A DNA stretch of 40,005 nucleotides, taken from NCBI GenBank assembly GCA_964441085.1, contig CAYTUE010000028.1, forward strand, positions 1-40,005, written 5' to 3'. The notes below the pieces were generated by a model. The model did not search any database and had not been told where the DNA came from. It saw nothing but the letters and a program-made list of their open reading frames with translations. Shown piece after piece: positions 17,595 through 26,425 of the stretch. Within the stretch, counting starts at the first letter, position 1. Every line of letters begins with the position of its first letter. The DNA is from an uncultured Planctomycetaceae bacterium. Its GTDB lineage: Bacteria > Planctomycetota > Planctomycetia > Planctomycetales > Planctomycetaceae. Both the position numbers and the translations under genes were made by a program.

Positions 17595-18713
17595 ATGCTT
17601 TTCAAACGTATTCAAATCAAAAACTACGAACTGGGACTCCTGTTCAAAGACGGCGATTTCATCGGCATCCTTGAACCCGGACAGCATCGTTTTTGGGATT
17701 TCAAAAACCGACTGACCGTGGATGTCCATTCTCAGCGAGACCCCTTTTTGCATCATGAACAACTGGACATGATTGTCAAATCGGGTGAGCTAAAAGACCG
17801 AGCCATCGTGCTGGACTTGAAGGATAATCAACGAGCCTTTGTGTGGGTCGACAATCGTTTCAGTCACGTATTGCCTCCCGGCTTGTATGCCTACTGGACG
17901 GGTCAAAAAGACGTTCGCACAGAAATCATTGATGCCAATGATGTGCGGTTAAACCGCAGCGATTGGAAGACAATCGTGAGTTCTGCCATGGCGTCTCAGG
18001 TGCTGCAAACAGAAACGGTTCCTCGAAACCATGTTGGCCTGCTGTTCTTCGACGGTCAGTTTCAGGAAACTCTGTCTACCGGCAGCTATGTTTTTTGGAA
18101 GAACATCACGTCTGTCACAGTGGAACTGGTTGACCTTCGAGAACAGACTCTTGATATCAGTGGCCAAGACATCATGACATCAGACAAGGTGACTTTACGA
18201 CTGAATGCTTCACTGAACTACCGCATCATCGATGCTCGCAAGGTGGTTTCTGAAACAAATCAGCCGGAACAGTCACTGTACCGAGAAGCTCAATTGATTC
18301 TTCGAGCCGTCGTGGGTTCTGTCGATCTCGACAGTTTTCTGACTGGTAAGGATGCGATCACTGATTCAATTTTCAGCGGAATTCAGCCTCGAGCAGAACG
18401 GTTGGGTTTTGCCCTGCTGTCCGTTGGAATTCGAGACGTCATTCTTCCGGGTGACATGAAGGATCTGATGAACAAAGTCACGGAAGCTCGCAAAGCGGCC
18501 GAAGCCAATCTGATCTGTCGTCGAGAAGAAACGGCAGCCATGAGATCTCAGGCCAACACCGCTAAACTACTGGCCGACAATCCGGTCCTTATGAGACTTA
18601 AGGAACTGGAAGTTGTCGAACGAGTGGCGGCAACCGGACAACTGAAGATTGTTCTGAGCAATGCTGGTGACAATCATGAAGGACTGGCCGAGCAGATTAC
18701 CAGCTTGATCTAA
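17595..18713 (+). CDS. Slipin family (SPFH/band 7) protein, soluble type
   Basis: VDLREQTLDISGQDIMTSDKVTLRLNA, GIRDVILPGDMKDLMNKV and RREETAAMRSQANTAKLLADNPVLMRLKELE; AGAGGA RBS; no TM segment. Confidence 0.93.
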   Translation: MLFKRIQIKNYELGLLFKDGDFIGILEPGQHRFWDFKNRLTVDVHSQRDPFLHHEQLDMIVKSGELKDRAIVLDLKDNQRAFVWVDNRFSHVLPPGLYAYWTGQKDVRTEIIDANDVRLNRSDWKTIVSSAMASQVLQTETVPRNHVGLLFFDGQFQETLSTGSYVFWKNITSVTVELVDLREQTLDISGQDIMTSDKVTLRLNASLNYRIIDARKVVSETNQPEQSLYREAQLILRAVVGSVDLDSFLTGKDAITDSIFSGIQPRAERLGFALLSVGIRDVILPGDMKDLMNKVTEARKAAEANLICRREETAAMRSQANTAKLLADNPVLMRLKELEVVERVAATGQLKIVLSNAGDNHEGLAEQITSLI

Positions 18714-18726
18714 GGCCAGAAAACGC

Positions 18727-18768
18727 AACAGGTCGCTTCAATTGCTTGAAGCGACCTGTTTTTGTTTT
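18727..18768 (+). terminator. Strong intrinsic terminator ending the slipin transcription unit
   Basis: Perfect 15-bp stem AACAGGTCGCTTCAA-TTGC-TTGAAGCGACCTGTT followed by TTTGTTTT. Confidence 0.9.
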
Positions 18769-18852
18769 CGTTTTCGTTTTCGCTGCGAGAAAACCGAAGT
18801 CTGACAACTCCGGCTCTAGCCGTTCACTCTCGTTTCAAGTCGAGACAATGGA

Positions 18853-19239
18853 CTAGTTCACCATTGCGTCGGCGTACCCAACATCTGCGAGAGCTTTCAT
18901 GGTGTCATCGCTGCTTACGTCTGCATTGAACTTCACAGTGATTCGGTGATCGTTGATCGCAACTTCGTCTTCTTGAGGAACCAGTTCGACAACTTCAACG
19001 CCATCCATTCCTTCCAATGTTTCCTTAATCTTTGGGAAACAGCTGACTTGGCAGCTCATGCTAGGAATTTCTAAGGTCGTTTCATCGCCCGCAGCGAATG
19101 AAGTTGGCATCGCGGGGTTTGCAGTCACAGGGTTTGCAGCAACGGGAGGACTAGATAATGATCCCGCTTCCGTCATGTCTCGCGAATCTGCACAGCCAAC
19201 AAGAAGTACACAGCTTAGAGCAAACATCAAAGTTTTCAT
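18853..19239 (-). CDS. Heavy-metal-associated (HMA) domain lipoprotein
   Basis: Lipobox LLVGC; HMA-like TTLEIPSMSCQVSC...IKETLEGMDGVE...ALADVGY. Confidence 0.85.
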   Translation of the reverse strand: MKTLMFALSCVLLVGCADSRDMTEAGSLSSPPVAANPVTANPAMPTSFAAGDETTLEIPSMSCQVSCFPKIKETLEGMDGVEVVELVPQEDEVAINDHRITVKFNADVSSDDTMKALADVGYADAMVN

Positions 19240-19411
19240 GGGACTTATTCTTTCGTATTCATTGATTTGTGATTGAGGTTTCTATCTCACCGAACCCGTG
19301 AAATCATAGAAAGCCACTTCACGGGAACAAGAGGCGTTTTGACGATCTGAAGTCAACCTCAAAATTGGCACATGCAAAACATCAATTGTGTCTCAATTGA
19401 ACATCAAGCCA

Positions 19412-20875
19412 CTAAGCATCGAATGGAACTTCATGCATCACAAGGCGATTATGCAAGGTATCCCATTCTGTCACCGTCGCCAAAGTTTGCCAATTGTCGC
19501 CTCGATCAAGATCGTCGAGCAGTTCATTGCTGCCAACAACCGTAAACAATTCGATTTCGTGTTCCGTCCCTAGAATCTTTCCAACAAGGGTTTTCCCGCC
19601 CTGAAAACGAGCATCATTCCCAGTGGGGTCCAGTGTCGACACCAAACGCTGAATCACCATCGTGACGTCATAAGCAGTGTCACCTGCGGCATCGAGAATT
19701 TGAGTCTGCTCATTTCCATATCGTTCAGTCGCCGCAATGGAATCTAGCAATTCAAGCAATGGCATCAGATCCGCATTCACCTGTGGCGAACTCGTCGTTG
19801 CTTCGTTGAAACGAGCAGGGTTTCCCGAAAAGGGATCGTCCACTTCGACAACACCGACAGCCGAATCTGACACAACAACAGGGGCATCATCAAAAAATTC
19901 TGCAGGCAGTACTTGAAGCTTGGTCCGCTTCTTCCAATCGGGGAACCGCGGAATATCAATTCGAGCAACCGCAATCCAACTAATGACATTCGACGGCTGC
20001 TTTAAGCTGTACGCCACATCCGCAGGAATTGCGATTGTGACTTCTTCATCAATCGGTTGCAGAGCTTGTATTTGTCCTGCTGGAAGAATTTCATACGTTT
20101 GTTCGAAGGCCGTAAAATTGTACGTCGTTGCATTGGTCCCACTGCCAGACGTGGCAGATTCAACAGCCTTCAATTCAACCGAGATCCCGTTGATCGGAAA
20201 GGACTTCTTGGGAGTAAAACTGATACGAGCCTTCCAATTTTCACCCGGAGTCAAAATGACATGAGGCACCGTGAGTTCCACATTGCCGACTCGATTTTCA
20301 ACCGCTTTTCTCCAGAACCAAACTCCCGCACCAATCATGATGACCAATGGCAGCAGGAAAATAAGAAAGACACCTAGGAACACCACCAGCACACTCAACA
20401 TGCCATAGACAAAGACTTTTGCGAAACCTGACAACTGCCCCGCCGCTTTGCTTAGATTCACCAGTTCGCTGCGATCTTCAGGCAGATCGTCGGGGCGAAC
20501 ACCCGGCAACACGACAAAGTCTTCTTCTTGCTTAGGATCAAATGCCCACGGAACATCGACTCCAACGTAAACGTAGTGATCAACATTGATGTAGTGGCCA
20601 TGTTGAGTCACAGGCCAGCAATCGGCCTGAAATTCAAAGGCAAAATCCAGTTCTTCACCAGACGTCAGCATCGTGCTTTCACACAGGACCAGCCTTTGAA
20701 CTTTATTTTTATGAGTGTTCCCGCGACCGTGGACCTTCCAATAGTAATCCAAAGCAATCTTTTTACAGCGGATGTCTTCGTTCACTGAAACAAATACTCG
20801 CCCCGAAACCGTCGATCCGCCTCGAACAGTTCGGTCGGCCGCATCAAACTGAATTCGAATATCACACTTCGACAT
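19412..20875 (-). CDS. Membrane protein with two arrestin/Spo0M-like beta-sandwich domains
   Basis: N-terminal IRIQFD...GGSTVSGRVFV...IDVPWAFD-type pattern, repeated after a central ~35-aa hydrophobic stretch (PGENWKARISF...ARIDIPRFPDW). Confidence 0.7.
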   Translation of the reverse strand: MSKCDIRIQFDAADRTVRGGSTVSGRVFVSVNEDIRCKKIALDYYWKVHGRGNTHKNKVQRLVLCESTMLTSGEELDFAFEFQADCWPVTQHGHYINVDHYVYVGVDVPWAFDPKQEEDFVVLPGVRPDDLPEDRSELVNLSKAAGQLSGFAKVFVYGMLSVLVVFLGVFLIFLLPLVIMIGAGVWFWRKAVENRVGNVELTVPHVILTPGENWKARISFTPKKSFPINGISVELKAVESATSGSGTNATTYNFTAFEQTYEILPAGQIQALQPIDEEVTIAIPADVAYSLKQPSNVISWIAVARIDIPRFPDWKKRTKLQVLPAEFFDDAPVVVSDSAVGVVEVDDPFSGNPARFNEATTSSPQVNADLMPLLELLDSIAATERYGNEQTQILDAAGDTAYDVTMVIQRLVSTLDPTGNDARFQGGKTLVGKILGTEHEIELFTVVGSNELLDDLDRGDNWQTLATVTEWDTLHNRLVMHEVPFDA

Positions 20876-21006
20876 TGTTGTCTCCTTGGTGCTGTTTTTG
20901 GTGCTGTCTCAAGTGATCAGGATGGCCGTTTGCGATTCCCAGCAACCAAATTCTGTAAAAGAAACGTGACTGAAAACCTGTCACGAAACAAAGCTGTCCA
21001 CTCAAA

Positions 21007-21699
21007 TTACAACTGAACGTCAACCTCGCCCGGCTGGTTCATTTTTTGTACTGCATCATACAAAATTTGTAACATACTTCGTATATCACCAGCTTGTGAT
21101 TGCAGCAGGCGCTTCAAAGTCATGCCATGCACCGTTGGGACGGGGCCAAGTCCACGTCGAGCAAATTCAATGCGATCTGTCACAATCTGTTTGAGTCGGC
21201 TGATACTGGTTTGGGAGCAAGCGGCAATGGTTGTGACCTTTCGCCCTGCCTGCTCCAGTTCCAGCTGAAAATCCTGATGAGTCCCCAACACCAAAGCACG
21301 GTCTTCGCGAAACAGGTGCCGGCGCTGCCTCGCAGTTAACCGCTGAGCTTCATCAACAAACACGGGCTGACCATCTGGCACGGGACGCCGTTCGCCTTCC
21401 GGAATATGCACATAGCCGCTGTTCGGAAATGCTTGACGAATCTTAAGCAAATGAGTCGTTTTTCCGTGCCCTTTTTCACCAACATACTGCACCACTTGGT
21501 TGGAATTGTGCAGTGAGGCAACAACATCATCAACACAGACAACCGCAAGCTGCACACGTTCAGATTCTGTCAGTTCACCAAACGGGTTGTGTCGCAGGTT
21601 CAAATGACAATAGGGAAGACCAACACGCCGTTGATTTGATGTCGACTGATGATCTTGTTGCGGGCCAGAATCATTGAAGCCCAAGTCTTGCTCACTCAT
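21007..21699 (-). CDS. Small P-loop ATPase (ExeA/AAA-like)
   Basis: LNLRHNPF, Walker A GEKGHGKT, Walker B VFVDEAQ and C-terminal GDIR. ATG at 21699 overlaps the kinase stop by 8 nt. Confidence 0.8.
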   Translation of the reverse strand: MSEQDLGFNDSGPQQDHQSTSNQRRVGLPYCHLNLRHNPFGELTESERVQLAVVCVDDVVASLHNSNQVVQYVGEKGHGKTTHLLKIRQAFPNSGYVHIPEGERRPVPDGQPVFVDEAQRLTARQRRHLFREDRALVLGTHQDFQLELEQAGRKVTTIAACSQTSISRLKQIVTDRIEFARRGLGPVPTVHGMTLKRLLQSQAGDIRSMLQILYDAVQKMNQPGEVDVQL

Positions 21700-24600
21700 G
21701 AATAAAGTACGGCAATGCCAGTCGACGAGAATCAGATGGAACGTAGTACGGAATGGGAAGACTGGAAATTCGCTTCGCCAGAGCTTCCGCGAGCAGACGT
21801 TGAGTCTGCAAATTTGAAGATTGTGCCACCAGTGACTCCCCCACGATACCATCCCAAATTAAGTCACCAGTCTGTGTGTTGATGAGTTGCAAAACAGTCG
21901 CTTGCTTGTTGCTCTGGGGGCTCAACTGATTTGTGAGCTGAAATTGTAAGGGTGCCTCAGGGTCAACACCAATTTCTTCGACAGCCAAACGTTGTTCGAT
22001 AGCCTTTTTCAGCAAGGGCTTCCACACACTGTCTGCACCAGCGACATCAATTGATATTCTCACGCTTGCCCCCGGCTTTAAAAGCGAGGACTGGTCATGA
22101 CTCAGAGCGGTCAGTGAATCGTCAATCAGCTTCCATGGAATTCGACGGCGATATACGTTTCCAACATCCTTGCGCGTGGTGGTCAAGACATGCTCATCAT
22201 CCTGCAAAGCAACCATTGCATTTTGCTGATCACTGTGAGCAACCGACACAACGACTCGACGATGCTTGGCATCAATCACACTCCCGTTCACCAGCCACGC
22301 ACTTCGTTGATCAAACCATTGCACGGAAGCTGGCTGACAAACTTTGGCAGACACGGCAAAGGGAAGATCGTATTGTAGGTGTCCTTGTTCATTCCATGTC
22401 ATCAAGCCTGATTCTGGAGTCGCTCGAATCGCAGCCACTTGCAGCTGATCATTGGAAAACTGAATCCCACTGAGCGACTGCAGCACCTTAACTGAACTCC
22501 CTTGCGAAAGTGGCACCGATGAGTCTGCCAATGCGACTCGAACAGGTGAAGGCAATGGGGAATCGAATTCCATTTTGACTGCCCCAGAAGCAACGTCAAT
22601 CACAGAAAACTGATCTCCCACAAGCGCGACAAAGGCACCTCCACTCCGAGTCACTCCCATTCGCTGAGAACGTCGTCGTTCCGCTGGAAGTTTCAGCACT
22701 CCTTGCTGACGTCGAGAGGTTAAATTCCACGCTTGAAGCACCTGAGTGCGATCGACTTCAAGGTACAAATGTTTCTTTGACAAGAACAAGTTTTTCAAAG
22801 CACGATGACCGTCACCTCTGACTTCAAACTGGATCTTTCCGGTTGTGGTATTCCAAACTTTGACACGATAGTCTCGATCCAGTCGATTGGTCATGGTTGC
22901 GGCAAACCACTTGCCATCATGAGATAATACGGCGTGCCCTTGGGCTTTGTAGTCACCTGAAAGTACGGCAAGTTCTCTGCTTGTTTTACGAGATCGAACC
23001 GAACGTCCACTCACGAAAACCTGAGAAGTTCCATCGCCGAATCTGGTCTGTGTGTCTGCTGGCAAACCAAACAATGGGCTTGAGTGCTGACTGGCTAAAA
23101 ACTCCGAAACAGGATTCCGTTGCTGATTGTTTTCATTCGTGACGGGGTCAGAGGGGATTTCAACAACGGTTGGGCTTTGACGCTTCTTGAAATCATCAGG
23201 CGACACCTTTTTGGGCGATGTTGTCTTGCCGCGATTCGGCCGCCGGGATGGACGATTAGGCCGAGTTGTTGGGGAATTCTTTGGCTTAACCTTTGGCGAA
23301 TTCTTTTCTAAAGCAGCATAATTGGGCTTTGTTGTCTGGTCCGATGCAAAAGGAGACCAAATACTCAACAGAACACAAAGCACTGTGCAAACAGCCAGCC
23401 CAACCAAAGCAACGGGAGGCAACTCTAGGTTAAAAACACGAATCAATTGAGGATCAGCTGGTTTCGTTGAACGCGTACGACGACGCCCCGAATTTTTCGA
23501 ACTTGATTGTGATGACGAACTCATCCGACTGGATGAATGAGCACCAGAACTGTCGACATCGAACCAGTCAAGATTGGCTTTCAAGGACGAAGAGGATGAT
23601 GTGAGCTTCCCTCTCCTGCCTGATGAACGGCTCGAAACCGAACTGCCTGAAGCACTGCGACTCGACTTGCTCTTTGCCCCCTGTTTCTTCTTTGCCGATC
23701 GCTGAGAATCACTCGCCTTGCGTTCCCTCCTGACTGCACTTGTCGCAGTCGATTGAGAACTTGCTTTCTTTGGTGACTGAGCTGTTTTTTTCGGCGGTTG
23801 CAGTTCATGCGACGACGACGATGCAGAATTCATTAACGGAGAAGAATGAGAGGACGTCAAAATCACAGGAGCAAACCTAAGACCTTCAATCACAGCTTCT
23901 GCAAATTCTTCACACGTGTTGAATCGTCGATCAGGATCTTTTTCGATTGACTTACGAACGGCCACTGCTAACGGTCGAGGAATGTCATTGCGAACGTCAG
24001 ACAACAGCGGCAAGACCTTCTGAGTTTGATTGAGCATGGTCATGGTGGCCGTGCTGCCTTGCATCGGAGGTCCACCCGTGAGCACATGATAGATGGTGAT
24101 CCCCAGTGAATATTGGTCGGAACGTCCGTCGTAGTCTTTGCCCTGCACAATTTCGGGGGAAATATAGTTGGGAGTCCCCAATACGACTCCAGCTGCCGTT
24201 TCATCGGAACTCATTTCCGAATGTTCACCACACATAATCTTGGACAAACCAAAGTCGCCAACATACGCGTTTTGATCTTCGTCGAACAAGATATTGGCAG
24301 GCTTCACGTCTCGATGGACCATCCCCTTGCGATAACAAAAATCTAAAGCCCGTGCGACTTCTCGAACCCACGTCTTTAGAAACCTAGGAGGCATGCATCC
24401 GTTTTCATCGGATTCTTTAGCAATACGATCCGCAAGGCTGCCGCCCTCAAGGAGCTGCATGACAACATACGGTAATTCAGCGTACTCACCAACATCCAAC
24501 ACCTTCACCACATGCGGATGTGAAAAACGAATCAGCATCTGACTTTCACGAAGAAATCGTTCTCGAAAATCAGCGGTATTCACCTTTTCCGGTTTCGGAA

Positions 24601-24922
24601 CTTTCAACACAACATCGGTTTGTAGTCGAGCATCTGACGCTCGAAAAACATACGCCATACTGCCTTTACCCAGCGGCGACTTCACGACATAGCGGCCATC
24701 AGCCAAAGACACGCCCAGTAAATCACGAGGGTGTTTTACGGGGCCCGTTGCAGTTCGGCGAGCACGAGACAAACGGGAAAGTCGAGATTCTTTCTGGCTC
24801 GGAGCAACTCGCTTTAAGCGGCGGCCTGTGGCGAATTCTGCCGTTTCACTAGAAGACTTTGTTGCATCGTCTGCTTCAGAACACCTTAATTTAGATTCGT
24901 CCGAGGAAGAATTTTCAGACAT
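21692..24922 (-). CDS. Hanks-type Ser/Thr protein kinase with TM helix and an extracytoplasmic WD40-like/beta-propeller region
   Basis: LGKGSMAYV, VVLK, HRDVKPANIL, DFG, GTPNYISPE, SDQYSLG; Ser/Arg-rich linker; TM VALVGLAVCTVLCVLLSIW; LSHDGKW...VKVWN repeats. Confidence 0.93.
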   Translation of the reverse strand: MSENSSSDESKLRCSEADDATKSSSETAEFATGRRLKRVAPSQKESRLSRLSRARRTATGPVKHPRDLLGVSLADGRYVVKSPLGKGSMAYVFRASDARLQTDVVLKVPKPEKVNTADFRERFLRESQMLIRFSHPHVVKVLDVGEYAELPYVVMQLLEGGSLADRIAKESDENGCMPPRFLKTWVREVARALDFCYRKGMVHRDVKPANILFDEDQNAYVGDFGLSKIMCGEHSEMSSDETAAGVVLGTPNYISPEIVQGKDYDGRSDQYSLGITIYHVLTGGPPMQGSTATMTMLNQTQKVLPLLSDVRNDIPRPLAVAVRKSIEKDPDRRFNTCEEFAEAVIEGLRFAPVILTSSHSSPLMNSASSSSHELQPPKKTAQSPKKASSQSTATSAVRRERKASDSQRSAKKKQGAKSKSSRSASGSSVSSRSSGRRGKLTSSSSSLKANLDWFDVDSSGAHSSSRMSSSSQSSSKNSGRRRTRSTKPADPQLIRVFNLELPPVALVGLAVCTVLCVLLSIWSPFASDQTTKPNYAALEKNSPKVKPKNSPTTRPNRPSRRPNRGKTTSPKKVSPDDFKKRQSPTVVEIPSDPVTNENNQQRNPVSEFLASQHSSPLFGLPADTQTRFGDGTSQVFVSGRSVRSRKTSRELAVLSGDYKAQGHAVLSHDGKWFAATMTNRLDRDYRVKVWNTTTGKIQFEVRGDGHRALKNLFLSKKHLYLEVDRTQVLQAWNLTSRRQQGVLKLPAERRRSQRMGVTRSGGAFVALVGDQFSVIDVASGAVKMEFDSPLPSPVRVALADSSVPLSQGSSVKVLQSLSGIQFSNDQLQVAAIRATPESGLMTWNEQGHLQYDLPFAVSAKVCQPASVQWFDQRSAWLVNGSVIDAKHRRVVVSVAHSDQQNAMVALQDDEHVLTTTRKDVGNVYRRRIPWKLIDDSLTALSHDQSSLLKPGASVRISIDVAGADSVWKPLLKKAIEQRLAVEEIGVDPEAPLQFQLTNQLSPQSNKQATVLQLINTQTGDLIWDGIVGESLVAQSSNLQTQRLLAEALAKRISSLPIPYYVPSDSRRLALPYFIHE

Positions 24923-25216
24923 GATGAACCACCAACCGTAAATCGAGCGACGTCTTTTCCTGCAGGGAGAGTAGGTTTATCGTCAGGCTTGAGGAGAAAC
25001 CTTTCTTATGGTTTGAGAGCTATGGTAATTTGAGACGGATTTTATGTTTTTTTTCTGAGTGGAACGTCAAAATTCACGGTGCAAACTGGATTTCAATGTC
25101 CAGCCTTCAACATCAGATCCCAGAATCGCCGAATGTTGGTCGCTGAAAAAAGAAAACGGCCCACGGTTTCTGAATTCAAGAATCAGTCCGCAAGCCGTCA
25201 GTTTGTTTAAATTTGT

Positions 25217-26251
25217 TTAAAGTCGACGAAGTCCATCTTCCTTCAACGGATTTGGAATCAGTTCATCGATTTCATCAATCCGAGCCAGCGTTTCGGCATC
25301 CAAGATCAAATCAACAGCCTGCAAACTTTCCTGCAGTTGCTCCACCGATGTCGCACCGATAATTGTTGATGCCACAAAGTCGTGTTGACGAGACCACGCG
25401 GTCGCCAACGCCGCAAGACTCACGCCTAGATCTTCAGCAATGGGCACAAGCAATTCAACGGTTTGTCGAGACCGTTCATTTAAAAAGCGATTGGCCATTT
25501 TTTGCTGCCGTTCGCCCGCCTGTTGGTAAGAGGTGAATCGAGCACCTTCTGGCCAATTGTCTCGATACTTGCCAGTCAACACGCCTCCCCCCAATGGCGA
25601 ATAAGGCAGTAGGCTCACCCCTTCGCGACGACACACCTGAGCCAACTCACTTTCACAGCGACGATTTAACAAACTAAAGTGATTTTGAATGGAATCGAAA
25701 CGACACAAGCCATGCTGTTCGGCCGCCCATAAACCTTTCATCGCCCCCCAACAAGTTTCATTGCTGCTCCCAATCGCTCGAACTTTTCCCTGCTTGACCA
25801 GCAACGTCAACGTTTCTAAAAGGTCTTCGTACCGCATGCCATGATCAGGCCAGTGAGTCTGATACAAGTCGATATAATCAGTCTGCAATCGACGCAGACT
25901 GTCTTCGACCGCACGAGTAATTTGAATGCGATCAAAAGCCGTGTGCCCATGTCGAACAGGAGGCACAAACCAACCGTGAGCCGGACCAGTCACCTTGGTT
26001 GCAATGATCACGGAATCTCGAGGCTTCGTTTTCATCCAACGGCCAACAATCTCTTCTGTCACACCCACCGTATTGGCATTCGGTGGTACAGGATAGATTT
26101 CTGCCGCATCGTAAAAGTCGATGCCCGCATCATAGGCACAGTCCATGATTGCGAAGGATTCTCGCTCATCATTCTGAGCTCCAAATGTCATGGTTCCCAT
26201 ACAAATATCGGTTACCGACAGAGCGCTGCCACCAAGGCGTCTGCGTTCCAT
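25217..26251 (-). CDS. Aldo/keto reductase (Tas-like)
   Basis: [50 protein letters not shown] at 26251 has the better RBS spacing; the alternative is 26260. Confidence 0.95.
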   Translation of the reverse strand: MERRRLGGSALSVTDICMGTMTFGAQNDERESFAIMDCAYDAGIDFYDAAEIYPVPPNANTVGVTEEIVGRWMKTKPRDSVIIATKVTGPAHGWFVPPVRHGHTAFDRIQITRAVEDSLRRLQTDYIDLYQTHWPDHGMRYEDLLETLTLLVKQGKVRAIGSSNETCWGAMKGLWAAEQHGLCRFDSIQNHFSLLNRRCESELAQVCRREGVSLLPYSPLGGGVLTGKYRDNWPEGARFTSYQQAGERQQKMANRFLNERSRQTVELLVPIAEDLGVSLAALATAWSRQHDFVASTIIGATSVEQLQESLQAVDLILDAETLARIDEIDELIPNPLKEDGLRRL

Positions 26252-26425
26252 TGTTCTCATCTCCTGAACATTGCTATCGTGTTGTGAATCAGAATACTGA
26301 TATCACCGAGTTTAAACGATTTCAGCATCACATCCTACTCGCCCACAATCTCAACTCGCCACACGAGCCTGCGCAAGCTGCTCCAAAGGCTGCATCTGAA
26401 CCTGAACGTTAGTAAAGACGATCGA

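Noticed and set aside
21700-21852. Long N-terminal extension of the P-loop ATPase given by the ORF track
   Set aside because: It lies within the kinase coding region; the ATG at 21699 gives a typical 8-nt coupled overlap.
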